DNA from: Mustelus asterias
Taxonomy: Eukaryota
Direction: 5' to 3'
Length of the DNA stretch: 64,000 nt
Assembly (NCBI RefSeq): GCF_964213995.1
Contig: NC_135830.1
Coordinates: forward strand, 10,540,001 to 10,604,000
Positions 46,067-58,999 of the stretch are shown one piece after another (position 1 is the stretch's first letter; each line of letters opens with the position of its first letter). The notes below the pieces were generated by a model. It was not told the DNA's origin and ran no database searches. It saw only the letters and a list, made by a program, of their open reading frames with translations. Made by a program: the position numbers and the translations under genes.

Positions 46067-48760
46067 TTTGTCAGGGGAGTGGGAAAAGGAGTTGTAGTCC
46101 GGAAGTCAGTGTTGAGGGTGGTGAGATATTGGGGAAGGTATCAAGGTCAAGGGTGGGTACCGGTAGACAGGAAGATGGGTTGAAGTGTGTCTACTTCAAT
46201 GCAAGGAGCATCCAGAACAAGGTGGATGAACTTGGGGCGTGGATTGCTACTTGGGACTACGATGTTGTGGCCATTACGGAGACATGGGTAGAACAAGGAC
46301 AGGAATGGTTGTTGGACGTTCCGGGGTATAGATGTTTCAGTAAGTGTAGGGAAGCTGGTAAAAGAGGTGGAGGAGTAGCATTGTTAATCAAGGATAGTTT
46401 AACGGCTGCGGAAAAGCACTTTGAGGGGGATATGCACACTGAGGTAATATGGGCTGCAGTTAGAAACAGGAAAGGAGCGGTCACGTTGCTAGGAGTTTAC
46501 TATAGGCCCCCAAATAGTAATAGAGATGTGGAGGAAGAAATTGCAAAGCAGATTATGGATGCGTGTGGGGGTCACAGGGTAGTTGTCATGGGGGACTTTA
46601 ACTTTCCAAATATTGATTGGAACCTTTGTAGGTCAAATAGTTTGGATGGGGCACTTTTTGTGCAGTGTGTGCAGGAGGGTTTCCTGACACAATATGTGGA
46701 TAGGCCGACAAGGGGTGAGGCCACATTGGATTTGGTACTGGGAAATGAACCGGGCCAAGTGTTAGATTTGGTTGTGGGAGAGAACTTTGGAGATAGTGAC
46801 CACAATTCGGTGTCTTTTGTTATTGCAATGGAGAGGGATAGGGCCGGACGGCAGGGCAAGGCTTACAATTGGGGGAGAGGTAATTATGATGCGATTAGGC
46901 AAGAATTAGGGGGCATAAGATGGGAACAGAAACTGTCAGGGAAAGGCACTGATGAAAAGTGGAACTTTTTCAAGGAACAAATACTGGGTGTCCTTGATAG
47001 GTATGTCCCTGTCAGGCAGGGAGGAAATGGCCAAGTGAGGGAACCGTGGTTCACAAAAGAGGTGGAATGTCTTGTGAAAAGGAAGAGGGAAGCTTATGTA
47101 GGGATGAGGAAACAAGGTTCAGATGGCTCGATTGAGGGTTACAAGTTAGCAAGGAATGAGCTGAAAAAGGGGCTGAGGAGAGCTAGGAGGGGACATGAGA
47201 AGTCCTTGGCGGGTCGGATCAAGCAAAACCCCAAGGCTTTTTACTCTTATGTGAGGAATAAAAGAATGACCAGGGTGAGGTTAGGGCCGGTCAAGGACAG
47301 TGGTGGGAACTTGTGTATGGAATCAGTAGAGATAGGCGAGGTGATGAATGAATACTTTTCTTCAGTGTTCACCAAGGAGAGGGGCCATGTTTTTCAGGAA
47401 GAGAAGGTGTTACAGGCTAATAGGCTGGAGGAAATAGATGTTCGGAGGGAGGATGTATTGGCAGTTTTGAATAAACTGAAGGTCGATAAGTCCCCTGGGC
47501 CTGATGAAATGTATCCTAGGATTCTTTGGGAGGCGAGGGATGAGATTGCAGAGCCTTTGGCTTTGATCTTTGGGTCCTCGCTGTCCACGGGGATGGTGCC
47601 AGAGGACTGGAGAGTGGCAAATGTTGTTCCTCTGTTTAAGAAAGGGAATAGAAATGACCCTGGTAATTATAGACCGGTTAGTCTGACTTCGGTGGTTGGT
47701 AAATTGATGGAAAAGGTCCTTAGGGATGGGATTTACGACCATTTAGAAAGATGCAGATTAATTCGGGATAGTCAGCACGGATTTGTGAAGGGCAAATCGT
47801 GCCTCACAAATTTGATAGAATTTTTTGAGGAGGTAACTAGGTGTGTTGATGAAGGTAGGGCAGTTGATGTCATATACATGGATTTTAGTAAGGCGTTTGA
47901 TAAGGTCCCCCATGGTCGGCTTATGATGAAAGTAAGGAGGTGTGGGATAGAGGGAAAGTTGGCCGATTGGATAGGTAACTGGCTATCTGATCGAAGACAG
48001 AGGGTGGTGGTGGATGGAAAATTTTCGGACTGGAGGCAGGTTGCTAGCGGAGTGCCGCAGGGATCGGTGCTTGGTCCTCTGCTCTTTGTGATTTTTATTA
48101 ATGACTAAGAGGAGGGGGCTGAAGGGTGGATCAGTAAATTTGCTGATGACACCAAGATTGGTGGAGTAGTGGATGAGTTGGAGGGCTGTTGTAGGCTGCA
48201 AAGAGACATAGCTAGGATGCAAAGCTGGGCTGAAAAATGGCAAATGGAGTTTAACCCTGATAAATGTGAGGTGATTCATTTTGGTAGGACTAATTTAAAT
48301 GTGGATTACAGGGTCAAAGGTAGGGTTCTGAAGACTGTGGAGGAACAGAGAGATCTTGGGGTCCATATCCACAGATCTCTAAAGGTTGCCACTCAAGTGG
48401 ATAGAGCTGTGAAGAAGGCCTATAGTGTGTTAGCTTTTATTAACAGGGGGTTGGAGTTTAAGAGCCGTGGGGTTATGCTGCAACTGTACAGGACCTTGGT
48501 GAGACCGCATTTGGAATATTGCGTGCAGTTCTGGTCACCTCACTATAAGAAGGATGTGGAAGCGCTGGAAAGAGTGCAGAGGAGATTTACCAGGATGCTG
48601 CCTGGTTTGGAGTGTCGGTCTTATGAGGAAAGGTTGAGGGAGCTGGGGCTGTTCTCTCTGGAGCGGAGGAGATTGAGGGGTGACTTAATAGAGGTTTATA
48701 AAATGATGAAGGGGATAGATCGAGTGAACGTTCAAAGACTATTTCCTCGGGTGGATGGAG

Positions 48761-49938
48761 GCCAAAAGGCCTTTGACAAGGTGCCTCACGGGAGACTGCT
48801 GAGTAAAATAAGGGCCCATGGTATTCGAGGCAAGGTACTAACATGGATTGACGATTGGTTGTCAGACAGAAGGCAGAGAGTTGGGATAAAAGGTTCTTTC
48901 TCAGAATGGCAACCGGTGACAAGTGGTGTCCCGCAGGGTTCAGTGTTGGGGCCACAGCTGTTCTCTTTATATATTAACGATCTAGATGACGGGACTGGGA
49001 GCATTCTGGCCAAGTTTGCCGATGATACAAAGATAGGTGGAGGGGCAGGTAGTATTGAGGAGGTGGGGAGGCTGCAGAAAGATTTAGACAGTTTAGGAGA
49101 GTGGTCCAAGAAGTGGCTGATGAAATTCAACGTGGGCAAGTGCGAGGTCGTACACTTTGGAAAAAAGAATAGAGGCATGGACTATTTTCTAAACGGTGAC
49201 AAAATTCATAATGCTAAAGTGCAAAGGGACTTGGGAGTCCTAGTCCAGGATTCTCTAAAGGTAAACTTGCAGGTTGAGTCCGTAATTAAGAAAGCAAATG
49301 TAATGTTGTCATTTATCTCAAGAGGCTTGGAATACAAAAGCAGGGATGTACTTCTGAGGCTTTATAAAGCACTGGTTAGGCCCCATTTGGAGTACTGTGA
49401 GCAATTTTGGGCCCCACACCTCAGGAAGGACATACTGGCACTGGAGCGGGTCCAGCGGAGATTCACACGGATGATCCCAGGAATGGTAGGCCTGACATAC
49501 GATGAACGTCTGAGGATCGTGGGATTATATTCATTGGAGTTTAGGAGGTTGAGGGGAGATCTGATAGAAACTTACAAGATAATGAACGGCTTAGATAGGA
49601 TGGACGTAGGGAAGTTGTTTCCATTAACAGGGGAGACTAGGACGCGGGGGCACAGCCTTAGAATAAAAGGGAGTCACTTTAGAACAGAGATGAGGAGAAA
49701 TTTCTTCAGCCAGAGAGTGGTGGGTCTGTGGAATTCATTGCCACAGAGGGCTGTGGAGGCCGAGACGTTGAGCGTCTTCAAGACAGAAATTGATAAATTC
49801 TTGATTTCTCGAGGAATTAAGGGCTATGGGGAGAGAGCGGGTAAATGGAGTTGAAATCAACCATGATTGAATGGTGGAGTGGACTCGATGGGCCGAATGG
49901 CCTTACTTCCGCTCCTATGTCTTATGGTCTTATGGTCT
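48761..49938 (+). mobile_element. 5'-truncated CR1 family D nested in family C
   Basis: Host sequence GATGGAG|(C)TATTACAAG is split; (CTTATGGT)n tail; open RT fragment. Confidence 0.92.
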
Positions 49939-51679
49939 TATTACAAGGGGGCATAACTATAGGGTTCATGGTGGGAGATATAGGAAGGATATCAGAGGTA
50001 GGTTCTTCACGCAGAGAGTGGTTGGGGTGTGGAATGGACTGCCTGCAGTGATAGTGGAGTCAGACACTTTAGGAACATTTAAGCGGTTATTGGATAGGCA
50101 CATGGAGCACACCAGGATGGTAGGGAGTGGGATAGCTTGATCTTGGTTTCAGATGAAGGTCGGCACAACATCGTGGGCCGAAGGGCCTGTTCTGTGCTGT
50201 AATGTTCTATGTTCTATGGAATGGTTGCTGCAGATTGGAAGGTGGTAAATGTAACCCCACTGTTTAAGGAGGGAGAGAGAAAACGGGGAACCACAGACCC
50301 ATCAGCCTGACATCAGCCGGAGGGAAAATGCTACAATCTATTGTACAGGATGTGATAACAGATGAATATGCATATTCAGAACAGGGGTACGTCCCTCACA
50401 CCTGCTCCACCATTCAATACATACACAGCTGATCTGATTGTAACCTCAACTTCACATTCCCGTTGACCCCCCCAATGAGCTTCAGACTAAAACTCCCTCC
50501 TCTGTGTAACATCTGGGAGGAAATCAATGTTTCCCCCTTTCCATTTCTTTTCTCATTCTGGGGGAAATTGGGGCCTTGCAGCAACTGAAGGGAAAGGAAG
50601 TGAATCCAGGGAGGCTGCAGACTCTGGAAAGGTTTGCCCCAGGTCTCTCTCGACTCTGGAAAGGTTGGCCCAGGTCTCCTTCTCTACCTCTTAAAGACAC
50701 TGACATAATTTCCTCTCTCAACTTGACACATTTATTTGTCTGGCTAAAAGGATGGTCTCTTTTCGAATGTTCACGGGCTGGTTTCCCCAGGAGATAGAAA
50801 CCTGCTCGACCATCCATTATGATCATGGCCGATCATCAAATTCAATATTCTGATCCCTCCCGCCCTCCCAATATCCTTTCAGCGCCGAGAACTCTATCTA
50901 ATTTCTTCTTGAAATCACACAATGTCTTGGCTTCAGCTACTTTCTGTGGGAGTGAATTCCACACATTCACCATTCTCTGGGTGAAGAAATTTCTCACTTC
51001 AGTCCTGAAAGGTTGACCCCTTATCCTCAACTCCCCCACCGTCAGGAACATCGAGAGATGGCTGACATTTAAGGGGGACAGTAAATATAGGACAGACATC
51101 TGTCTAATGTTGTTACATGGTACATAATTGGTTCTGTAACAAAATACATTTATTATTTCTAGTTTTGTAATATAGTACTTTAGCGACATTATATATTTCC
51201 ATTATACATTCACAGCACAGGTGTCCATTCAGTAACTCGAGTCCATGCCGACTTTCTGTCGGACAATACAGTCAGTCCCACTACCCCTCTATAGCCCTGT
51301 TCCCCTGCAAGTTTATTTCCTTCAGATGCCCAACCCAATTTATTTTAAATTATTCTTCTCCACTTCCACCACTGGTGTGATTTTCTGATTATACCCACTC
51401 GCTGTCTAAATAAAGTTCTTCCTCACACACCCCCTACTCTATCTCAAATTAAAAGATACAGCACTCTCGATCAAACATTTTCTGGACAGTTAATTGTGCA
51501 TCTGAAGAGATATATGTACATTTACTGAATTAAAATGTTTGGGTGTCTGACTCCAGGACCTTGTATCGATAGATCAACATGACTCACTGATTCAGCAGAA
51601 TTGAGAGGGTGAATATTAGACACATCAGAGTGCGAATGGAGTGTGTGGGACGGAGATTTACAGCTTTTGGGATCTTTTT

Positions 51680-51964
51680 AATGTATTAGTGTCACAAGCC
51701 GGCTAACATTAACACTGCAATGAAGTTACTGTGAAAATCCCCGAGTCGCCACACTTGCGTACACTGGGTACACTGAGGGAGAATTTAGCATGACCAATCC
51801 ACCTAACCCGCACGTCTTTTGGATTGTGGGAGGAAACTGGGGCACCCGAAGGAAACCCATGCAGACACGGGGAGAATGTGCAGGCTCTGCACAGACAGTG
51901 ACCCATGCTGGGAATCAAACCCAGATCCCAAGTGCTGTGAGACAGCAATGCTAACCACTCTGCC
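51680..51964 (-). mobile_element. V-SINE in the ZNF locus 7 intron
   Basis: tRNA-like head and V-domain core. Confidence 0.78.
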
Positions 51965-52062
51965 AAACGAGTGGGGAAAAATGTTCCATAGAAACTAGAA
52001 TTGTCTATTCTGAATTTCTATCTTGTACTGATAGTGAAGACTTTTGTAAATTCCTTTTACAG

Positions 52063-52975
52063 GATATCAGAAGGTGAGGATTTACAGACAGAAATCCCAA
52101 ACCACACATCACATCAATATCTGACAGTCACTCAATTCACCGGGACCTGAATATCATCAGCCTTTGAATGTAGGAGAAATGTTTGTCTATTTTGTCTGCA
52201 ACAGAAAATTTTAAACTGGAAAAGCACCTGGACGCACAGAGATCCGAGTGAGAATGTTTCAGCTTTAACTAGTTACACAGTTTTTCAAAACATTACCCTT
52301 TGGAGTCGGGAAAGACACTCTCTGTCGTCTGTGTTTGTGGACACCTCAGTTGGTTCTTGAATGTGGAGAGTCACAAGGACACCTGCACCATGGAGAAACC
52401 TTGGGAATGAGGGAAGGGATTCGTTACCCCATCAAGACTGGAAAGTCACCGACGCGTTCGCACTGTGGAAAGGCCATTTACTTGCTCTGATTGTGGGAAG
52501 GGAGTCACTCAGTTATCCCACCTGTGGAGACATCAGTGAATTCACACAGAGGAGAGGCCTTTTATCTGCACTGAATGTGGGAAGGGATTCACTCAGTCAT
52601 TCAACCTGCTCGGACACCAGCGAGTTCACACTGGAGAGAGGCCGTTCATCTGCACTGAGTGTGGAAAGGGATTCAGAGATTCATCCACTCTGCAGAAGTA
52701 CCAGAGAGTTCACACTGGGGAAAGACCATTCACTTGCTTTGATTATGGGAAGCGATTCCGAGATTCCTCCACCCAGGTGAGACACCATCAATTTTATACG
52801 GGGAGAGACTGTTCACCTGCTCTGACTGTGGGAAGGGATTCACTCAGTTATCCACCCTGCAGACACACCAGCGAATTCACACCGGGGAGACGCCATTCAC
52901 CTGCTCTCAGTGTGGGAAGGGATTCACTCGGTCAACTTCCCTGCTGAGACACCAGCAAGTTCACATTTGCTTACA
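52063..52975 (+). pseudogene. C2H2 zinc-finger pseudogene (locus 7)
   Basis: Acceptor at 52062; ACCATGG at 52390; about 7 fingers with deletions, TGA stops and lost Cys/His. Confidence 0.85.
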
Positions 52976-53169
52976 TGAGGTGGATTCTGCTGTTAATCAC
53001 ATCCAGGACTGAACCATGTTCATTCTGACAGTTGGTAAAGTGGGAGAGTCGGAGGGTTCCTTTGAGCCTGGCAGAGCACATTTCCACTGAAATGATCCAC
53101 AACAACTGATGAAGGACATTAATTTCTCCAGGAGAGTAAATAGTGTTTTTCCCCTACTACATGCAGCTC

Positions 53170-53570
53170 TAAAATGAACACAAAGAACTGGAAAAATGCA
53201 GCAGGTCTGGCAGCATCTGTGGAGAAGAATTTTGTAGAACAGAAGCAAAAGGCGAGGTAATGGTTGTCGTAAAGAAGTGAGTGTTCAGGACAGAATAATG
53301 AACATCGCTGTCTGAAACAAAAAACCATGAAAACAAGTTCAGGGGGTGAAGTTGTTGAACTCAATGTTGAGTCCAGAAGGCTGTAAAGTGCCTCATCGGA
53401 AGATATGGGGCTGTTTGTCCAGCTTGTGTTGGGCTTCTCCGGAACATTGCAGCAGGCCGAGGACAGTAATGTGAGTGTGAGAGCAAGGTGGTGAATTCTG
53501 ACGACAAGCAAGCGGAAGGTCAGGGTCATGCTTGTGGACTGAGCGGAGGTGTTCCACAAAGAGGGCAGGG
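53170..53570 (-). mobile_element. Old Penelope-like (GIY-YIG) relic of another family
   Basis: Decayed peptide LPLAC..SPPCSHTHITVLGLLQCSGEAQHKL resembles a PLE endonuclease C-terminus; a related terminal piece occurs at 37615-37745. Confidence 0.55.
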
Positions 53571-53924
53571 AACAGGCTACAGAGGGGCTGAAGAGAAACC
53601 ATTTGTGTCCAGAACATTGTGAACATCCTTTTACTCTGGTTGTCTTTGATCCTCAGGTCATTTTCTGTTTGTTTTAACCATGTTCTGTTTCATTAATAAA
53701 CTTTTATCAGTAAAAATATTTGATTTTTCTGGACTTTTCCTGATTGTGAAGCTGAAACATCTGTATCAGAAGGCCCCAGCCTCGGAGAATAAGTAGTTAA
53801 TTGTATCAAATTGGCCCCAGCTTTTTGAAACTTCTGTGTTTTTTTTCCCCCTGGTCAATCGCAAAGATCCCAATCTAGTCATAATTTGAAAATTTGTATT
53901 CGATGATGTGCTTATCTTAAATAC

Positions 53925-54473
53925 GACTGAAGGGGAAAATTATTAACCAATTTACAGGGTTTTTGACAGAATACATAAGACACTACAAACAAAGAGTTAA
54001 ATGATTCTTGAAACAAGGATAATATGGGAATGAAACAAATACTTTACAAATATGTGGATGCAATAAGAGAATTAAATAAATAACTATGATTATAAAACAT
54101 ATGCTCATATTTTAAATGTAATTTATGTATTGAATGAATTATTGTTCATTTCAAGCAAAAGCAAGTCACTGTAAGGTATGATGACAAATCGAAGAGTTGA
54201 GAGCCAATGGCCTGGGAGCCTTAGTAGTTGCAGAATTAATATCTAAAAGTTTCTGGCGAGGGAACGCATTTTGCAACTTTATGAATGGGGACATTCAATG
54301 TTTAGACATAGAATAGATCGTACTGGGACCCAGGATCACGTGTCTATCCAGTTTTGGAAATGAGCCGGTGGGAATGTTCATTTTGACCTCCTCACACAGA
54401 GATACCTGCCTCGTGAGCTTTATATTGTCTGTAGTTAACGACAGTATTGGTCATCTCAAATTATCCCACAACA
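53925..54473 (+). mobile_element. Solo-LTR-like repeat, copy 2 (internal deletion of ~340 bp relative to copy 1)
   Basis: Homologous to 90-1314; ends ATTATCCCACAACA. Confidence 0.55.
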
Positions 54474-55080
54474 CGAGTCATAATTTGGAAATTTGCAATC
54501 GATTATGTGCTTATGTGAAATACACCTCATTCTCTTGGTTTCACCCCATGGTTTGCACATCTGTTCTGTATGTGTTCTCTATCTAGCTTGTGGTTTGCCT
54601 GCCTGGGAAGTATTTCATCGGACGATATATAGAGAGATACACTCTGTTAACCCACGCTGCAGCGACACTGATAGTGTTTTTAAGGGACAGTGTATAGGAA
54701 ACTATCTTCTGCCACACACTGTCCTGCATCGGCCTCTAATGAATGAGCCTTTTGCTGTTTAGAATTACCTGAAACTCGTCAGTGACAGACCAGTTTATGC
54801 GTGAAATCACCGCGGTTCTCCTCATTATTCATTCATTCTGTATCTGGATTTTATCATAAAAAGGCAGAGATGAAGGTGTATTTACACGGATGGGTCACTG
54901 GGTGGCGCAGTGACTCTTTCACGAAAGGGCATTGAGTTCAACCACATCCCACATATGACTGGGGAAAATCCCTATCTGGGAAAGAGGGGAAACCGTGTAA
55001 TAGGGAAAATGGGGCGGAGTTGATGTGTTTTGGAGAACGGAATTAAGCCAAGCCAGAGTTGGTTAAAATTTCATTCAATA

Positions 55081-55086
55081 TTTATT
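55081..55086 (-). terminator. Probable poly(A) signal of the membrane IgM mRNA
   Basis: AATAAA ~450 nt after the TM2 stop. Confidence 0.6.
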
Positions 55087-55539
55087 TTAAAAATTCAGAG
55101 AATATTTTACAGCAACATTATTTTTTTAAAGTTAGAAAAGTGAACATAACGATCGAGCTTCACATTGAGAACAGAACAGATGCACAGGGAATCCGTCAGT
55201 ATCTGTACATCTGTTACATACACCAGAAAGAGAAAACAGGACCTTAATAGAAAGAGGAATTATCAAATGTGAATAAGGAATGAGAAAAGTTTCTTATTTC
55301 TACATGATCTTTAAACTACGGGGAAACTATTAACCACAATTACATTATAACAAAAAATGCCTCGTACATTTCACACTGAAAACTGAATTAACGTCTATGA
55401 TTGCCTCAGTTACAGATTCAGAATGATAAACTGAGAGAATTTTACTGATAGAGTCACCGAGAGCAGATATTGCATTTGATCCATACAGAGATCTTGATAA
55501 TCAGCTGCAGGAAATCTGCAGCTTCCAAAATTCAACCCA

Positions 55540-55548
55540 TCATTTGAT
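55540..55548 (-). CDS. IGHM: IgM heavy chain TM2 exon (IK*)
   Basis: TCTTTCTTTTACAG|ATC AAA TGA, 140 nt after the TM1 donor. Confidence 0.85.
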   Translation of the reverse strand: MK

Positions 55549-55688
55549 CTGTAAAAGAAAGATACAATAATGAAGCAGATGTTGATGATGCGGGACGTTA
55601 ATGTTAGAGTTTTTAATCAGCGAAACATTGAGAATCTTTTCAAATCCATTCTGCCAGTTTGAAATGTGAGTGAATTGAATCATCTCAC

Positions 55689-55816
55689 CTTCACCAGAGT
55701 GACTGCAGTGCTGTAGAAAATGCTCAGGAAGAACAGCACGATGAATGTAGAAGCGGTTGTCCAGATGTTGCTGTTATCATCCTCATTGTCATCAATCCAG
55801 ACACGGTCGGTGGAGT
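55689..55816 (-). CDS. IGHM: IgM heavy chain TM1 exon
   Basis: CCCCTAG|..(D)[42 protein letters not shown]|GTGAG; antigen-receptor CART motif; absent from the ORF track. Confidence 0.95.
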
Positions 55817-56379
55817 CTAGGGGATGGAGACCAGGAACTGAAATTAGATTACTTTATTTATCCAGGTGATCTTATTGTTATTTTTATGTTTCCCGTTCTC
55901 CTTTTTAAGCTGTTCATTTAATCTCGAATTTAATTTTCAATGTATATCTACTGTTAAATTCAGGACACTCAGTAACCGATCTCCGTAACTATTTTCACAT
56001 CTGATCTTTATTGACATTCCTTGGACAGTCCATGTGAGAAAACACTGAAGATGTTTAATTGAGTATCAGTTCATTTTTGAACTATTTGCCACTATCCCTT
56101 ATTGAACAATGTTATGACTGATATCGAGGAACGTTCACTGATCAATGATTGTTTTCACAGATGGTTACTGATCTATAAACTAAATTTGTTGTTTAAGTCT
56201 TGGGGTGTAATTTCCGATCTGTGCTTCTTTATGGTGGAAATAGATCATGAGCTTAATTCAGCTTCTCACTGTGTTTGTCTGTTCATTGTACATTTGGATA
56301 GCTAATCTGTGGACATGTGCATTAAAAAATCACCTTTAAATTTTACATTCATCATTTGCCTACCGTTTGTATTTAAGAT

Positions 56380-58200
56380 CATGCGTTTGTGTGCGTGTGC
56401 ATGAGCATCTCCTGGTCTGCATTATTCTTTGGCTCTGAGTTAATATGTGTGCAAGAGTGTTAATGTGCGCGTTCATTTGCCTATGGTTGTTGATTTGTGA
56501 AGTTGTTTGCATCTGTGTGTATATTTTATTCTTCTGTCATTGTGCATGTATGACTATTATTGTGTGAAGTCTATGAATATGTATTAATGCCATTCTTAAT
56601 GGGCGCACGTGTGTTTATGCCTATTGCTATGTGTTAATTTCTGTCACTCCAGTAATGTTTGTTTCCCTTTCTGTGTGCGTCTGTCTCTCCGTGTGTCTGT
56701 GTGCATGTCTGTTAACAGGTCAGTACATGTATATACGTGTTGATAGTTCTTTATAACGGTGTGTTGATGTATGTTTGTGTTTCGATGTGTAGTAATGTGT
56801 GCTATGGTGTTCTGTTCTGTATGAGCATGTTAATGTTTGCGTCTACATGTTTGCGTGTAAATGTTTTGCAGTCTGTTCATCTATATGCAGTCTGCTAATT
56901 TGTTTATATATATTTCCATGTATGTTTGTTAATGTGTATAACATTGTGCGTCTTTATATCTATATTCCTGTCAGCGTGAATGTGTGCTGATATATATGTA
57001 CTTATTTGAGTCTATGTATTTGCTTGTGTATTTATGTAGCTCTGCATGCGTGTGTATCTATCTGTATTGTGTCTCTGCATGTATGTGCTTGTATTTGGGT
57101 CTGTGTACCTACTCACATATGTGTCTGTGTATGTACTTGTGTGGTTTATGTGTATATGTGTACGTTTATACATATTTGATTATCTACGTATGTTGTTGTT
57201 TTAGTGCCTGTTTGTACAAGCGCGAGTCTATGTATCCGTGTGTGTGTGTGTGTGTGGAGGGCGGGGGGGGGGGGGGGGGGGGTGGGGGGGAGAGAGAGAG
57301 AGAGAGAGAATGTGTGTGTGTGCCGATGTATATTTGTGTACGGATGTATTTATGTATGGGTGTATTTTTGTGTGGGTGTATTTGTGTCTGTGTGTATTTG
57401 TGTGTGTATTTTTGTTTGTGCCTGTGTTGTCCATGAGTGCATTTGTGTGTGCATTCTTGTTTCTCTGCATGTGTGTTTGTTTGCGCAAGTATTGCATGTA
57501 CCTATGGTGTGTGAAAGTGTATCTGTGTGTATGCATGTATCTGTGTGTTTTTGTGCATGTGTATGTGCTGTGTATGTATGCTTCTATGTCTGCATTTGAA
57601 TGTGCCTGTCCGTATTTCTGTATATGTGCATGCATTTGTGTGTGTATTTACATGTGTCTTTCTGCATTTGTGTGCATTTTGTGAGTATGTGTATTTGTGC
57701 ATTTGTGTCGATGTGTGCGTGTGTGTGTGTCTGTGTGTGTGTGTATGTGTACGCCTATGTGTGTATTTATAATTGTGACAGTTTTGTGCGGTACTGTCAG
57801 TGTGTGTATTTTTTAACCGTTGCTGCAAGTTTCACCGGCAATCAGTAACTGAACGTGATCCAAACAATATGAATAATGGAGCATATTTTCAGTGTTTGCT
57901 GTAGAAATTTCTTTTATGTGAGTGGCACGGTGATATCAGGAGAGCGAATGAAATAATTCATTGATGCATCTCAGAAACCTCAGTGACAGAACAGTGAAAA
58001 CCGGGGAGGATTCTATTATTTGTTTAAATTTGTATCATGGGAAATCAATGCCAGCACATGATTAACAGGAACAAGAGTGTTGAAACATTTTTAAATTATG
58101 TTGCATAAGTATATATGTATATAAGTATACATTCATATATATATATATAAGTATATATATATATATATATATATATATAAGTATATGTGTATTATATACT
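56380..58200. repeat. Degenerate (TG)n low-complexity tract with compound (TG)n(G)n(GA)n at 57238-57320 and (TA)n at 58105-58200
   Basis: Direct inspection; lies in the CH4-TM1 intron. Confidence 0.9.
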
Positions 58201-58957
58201 TCAACGACACTTTGATAATGATAATGATACTTCAAAGTCTGCAGCAAGTAAACCGAAAGCTAATTTGTACTGTTGACAACTGAGTCCTTATAGTCGAGAG
58301 CCGTTCCCTTCCAAACACGCTACTTGGGGAGAGGGAGGAGAGTGAGCTCATAGTTTCCCTCTCTCTACCTGGTGAAGCAATGTGCCTGATGGTTCTAACC
58401 ACTGAGGAGGTGGTGGTGAATGGATTAAATAATGCCATTCCTCCTGCTTTCGTTGAGGAAGTGATGGTACATGGGTTAGCTACTGCTCCTCCCCTCTCTT
58501 TGTTGGGTGAGTAGGAATCCGGTATGTTAACAATTTCACTCTCCCCTCTCTCTGATGGGGGGATTGTTGCTCCATGTTTCTGTGTGACCCTCACTTCAGT
58601 TCCCAGTGGGTGTGGTGAAGCAGCTTAAAGCTGACATCAATGCGTAAAGGCATGGACAACGACAGAAGCAGGAACACCGAGATCTAAATGTTGTGTTTGT
58701 TTGTCAGAAATGTTGAAATTGTCGGAGTTTTCCTCAGGGAGGAAAGTCGCTGAAGATATTTTGCAGAATCCTGTAATGAATGCGCTCCACTCTGTCTCTA
58801 ACACAGGGTGTGTCTGAGCTGGGCGCACTGGTTCAACAAGACTTGGACCTGAGACCTGAAAATATCTGAGTCAAACCAAAGATAGCTAATGGAAGTAAAA
58901 CTGAAAAACAATCAATTAAGCGTTTGGCTATTTCATTTGTTGTTAGAGGAAAAATAT

Positions 58958-58972
58958 TTTATTATTTTTATT
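58958..58972 (-). terminator. Poly(A) signals of the secreted IgM mRNA
   Basis: Two AATAAA (58967-58972, 58958-58963) just after the tailpiece stop. Confidence 0.78.
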
Positions 58973-58999
58973 GAAGTTTTTAATGTAACCGAGTGATTC

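Larger units (their letters stand above)
44817..50216 (+). mobile_element. Full-length CR1 family C element (5' UTR, intact ORF1, ORF2 with one nonsense codon at 48106) with a nested family D insert
   Basis: Highly similar to 31497-35531; (TTCTATG)n tail; sits inside an older CR1 fragment (44590-44816 and 50217-50360). Confidence 0.95.

Noticed and set aside
54890-54950. tRNA-like A/B boxes
   Set aside because: No cloverleaf can be formed; probably a decayed SINE head. No true tRNA gene was found in the window.
56799-57848. Cys/Val-rich and His/Thr-rich ORFs
   Set aside because: Translations of degenerate (TG)n low-complexity intron sequence.
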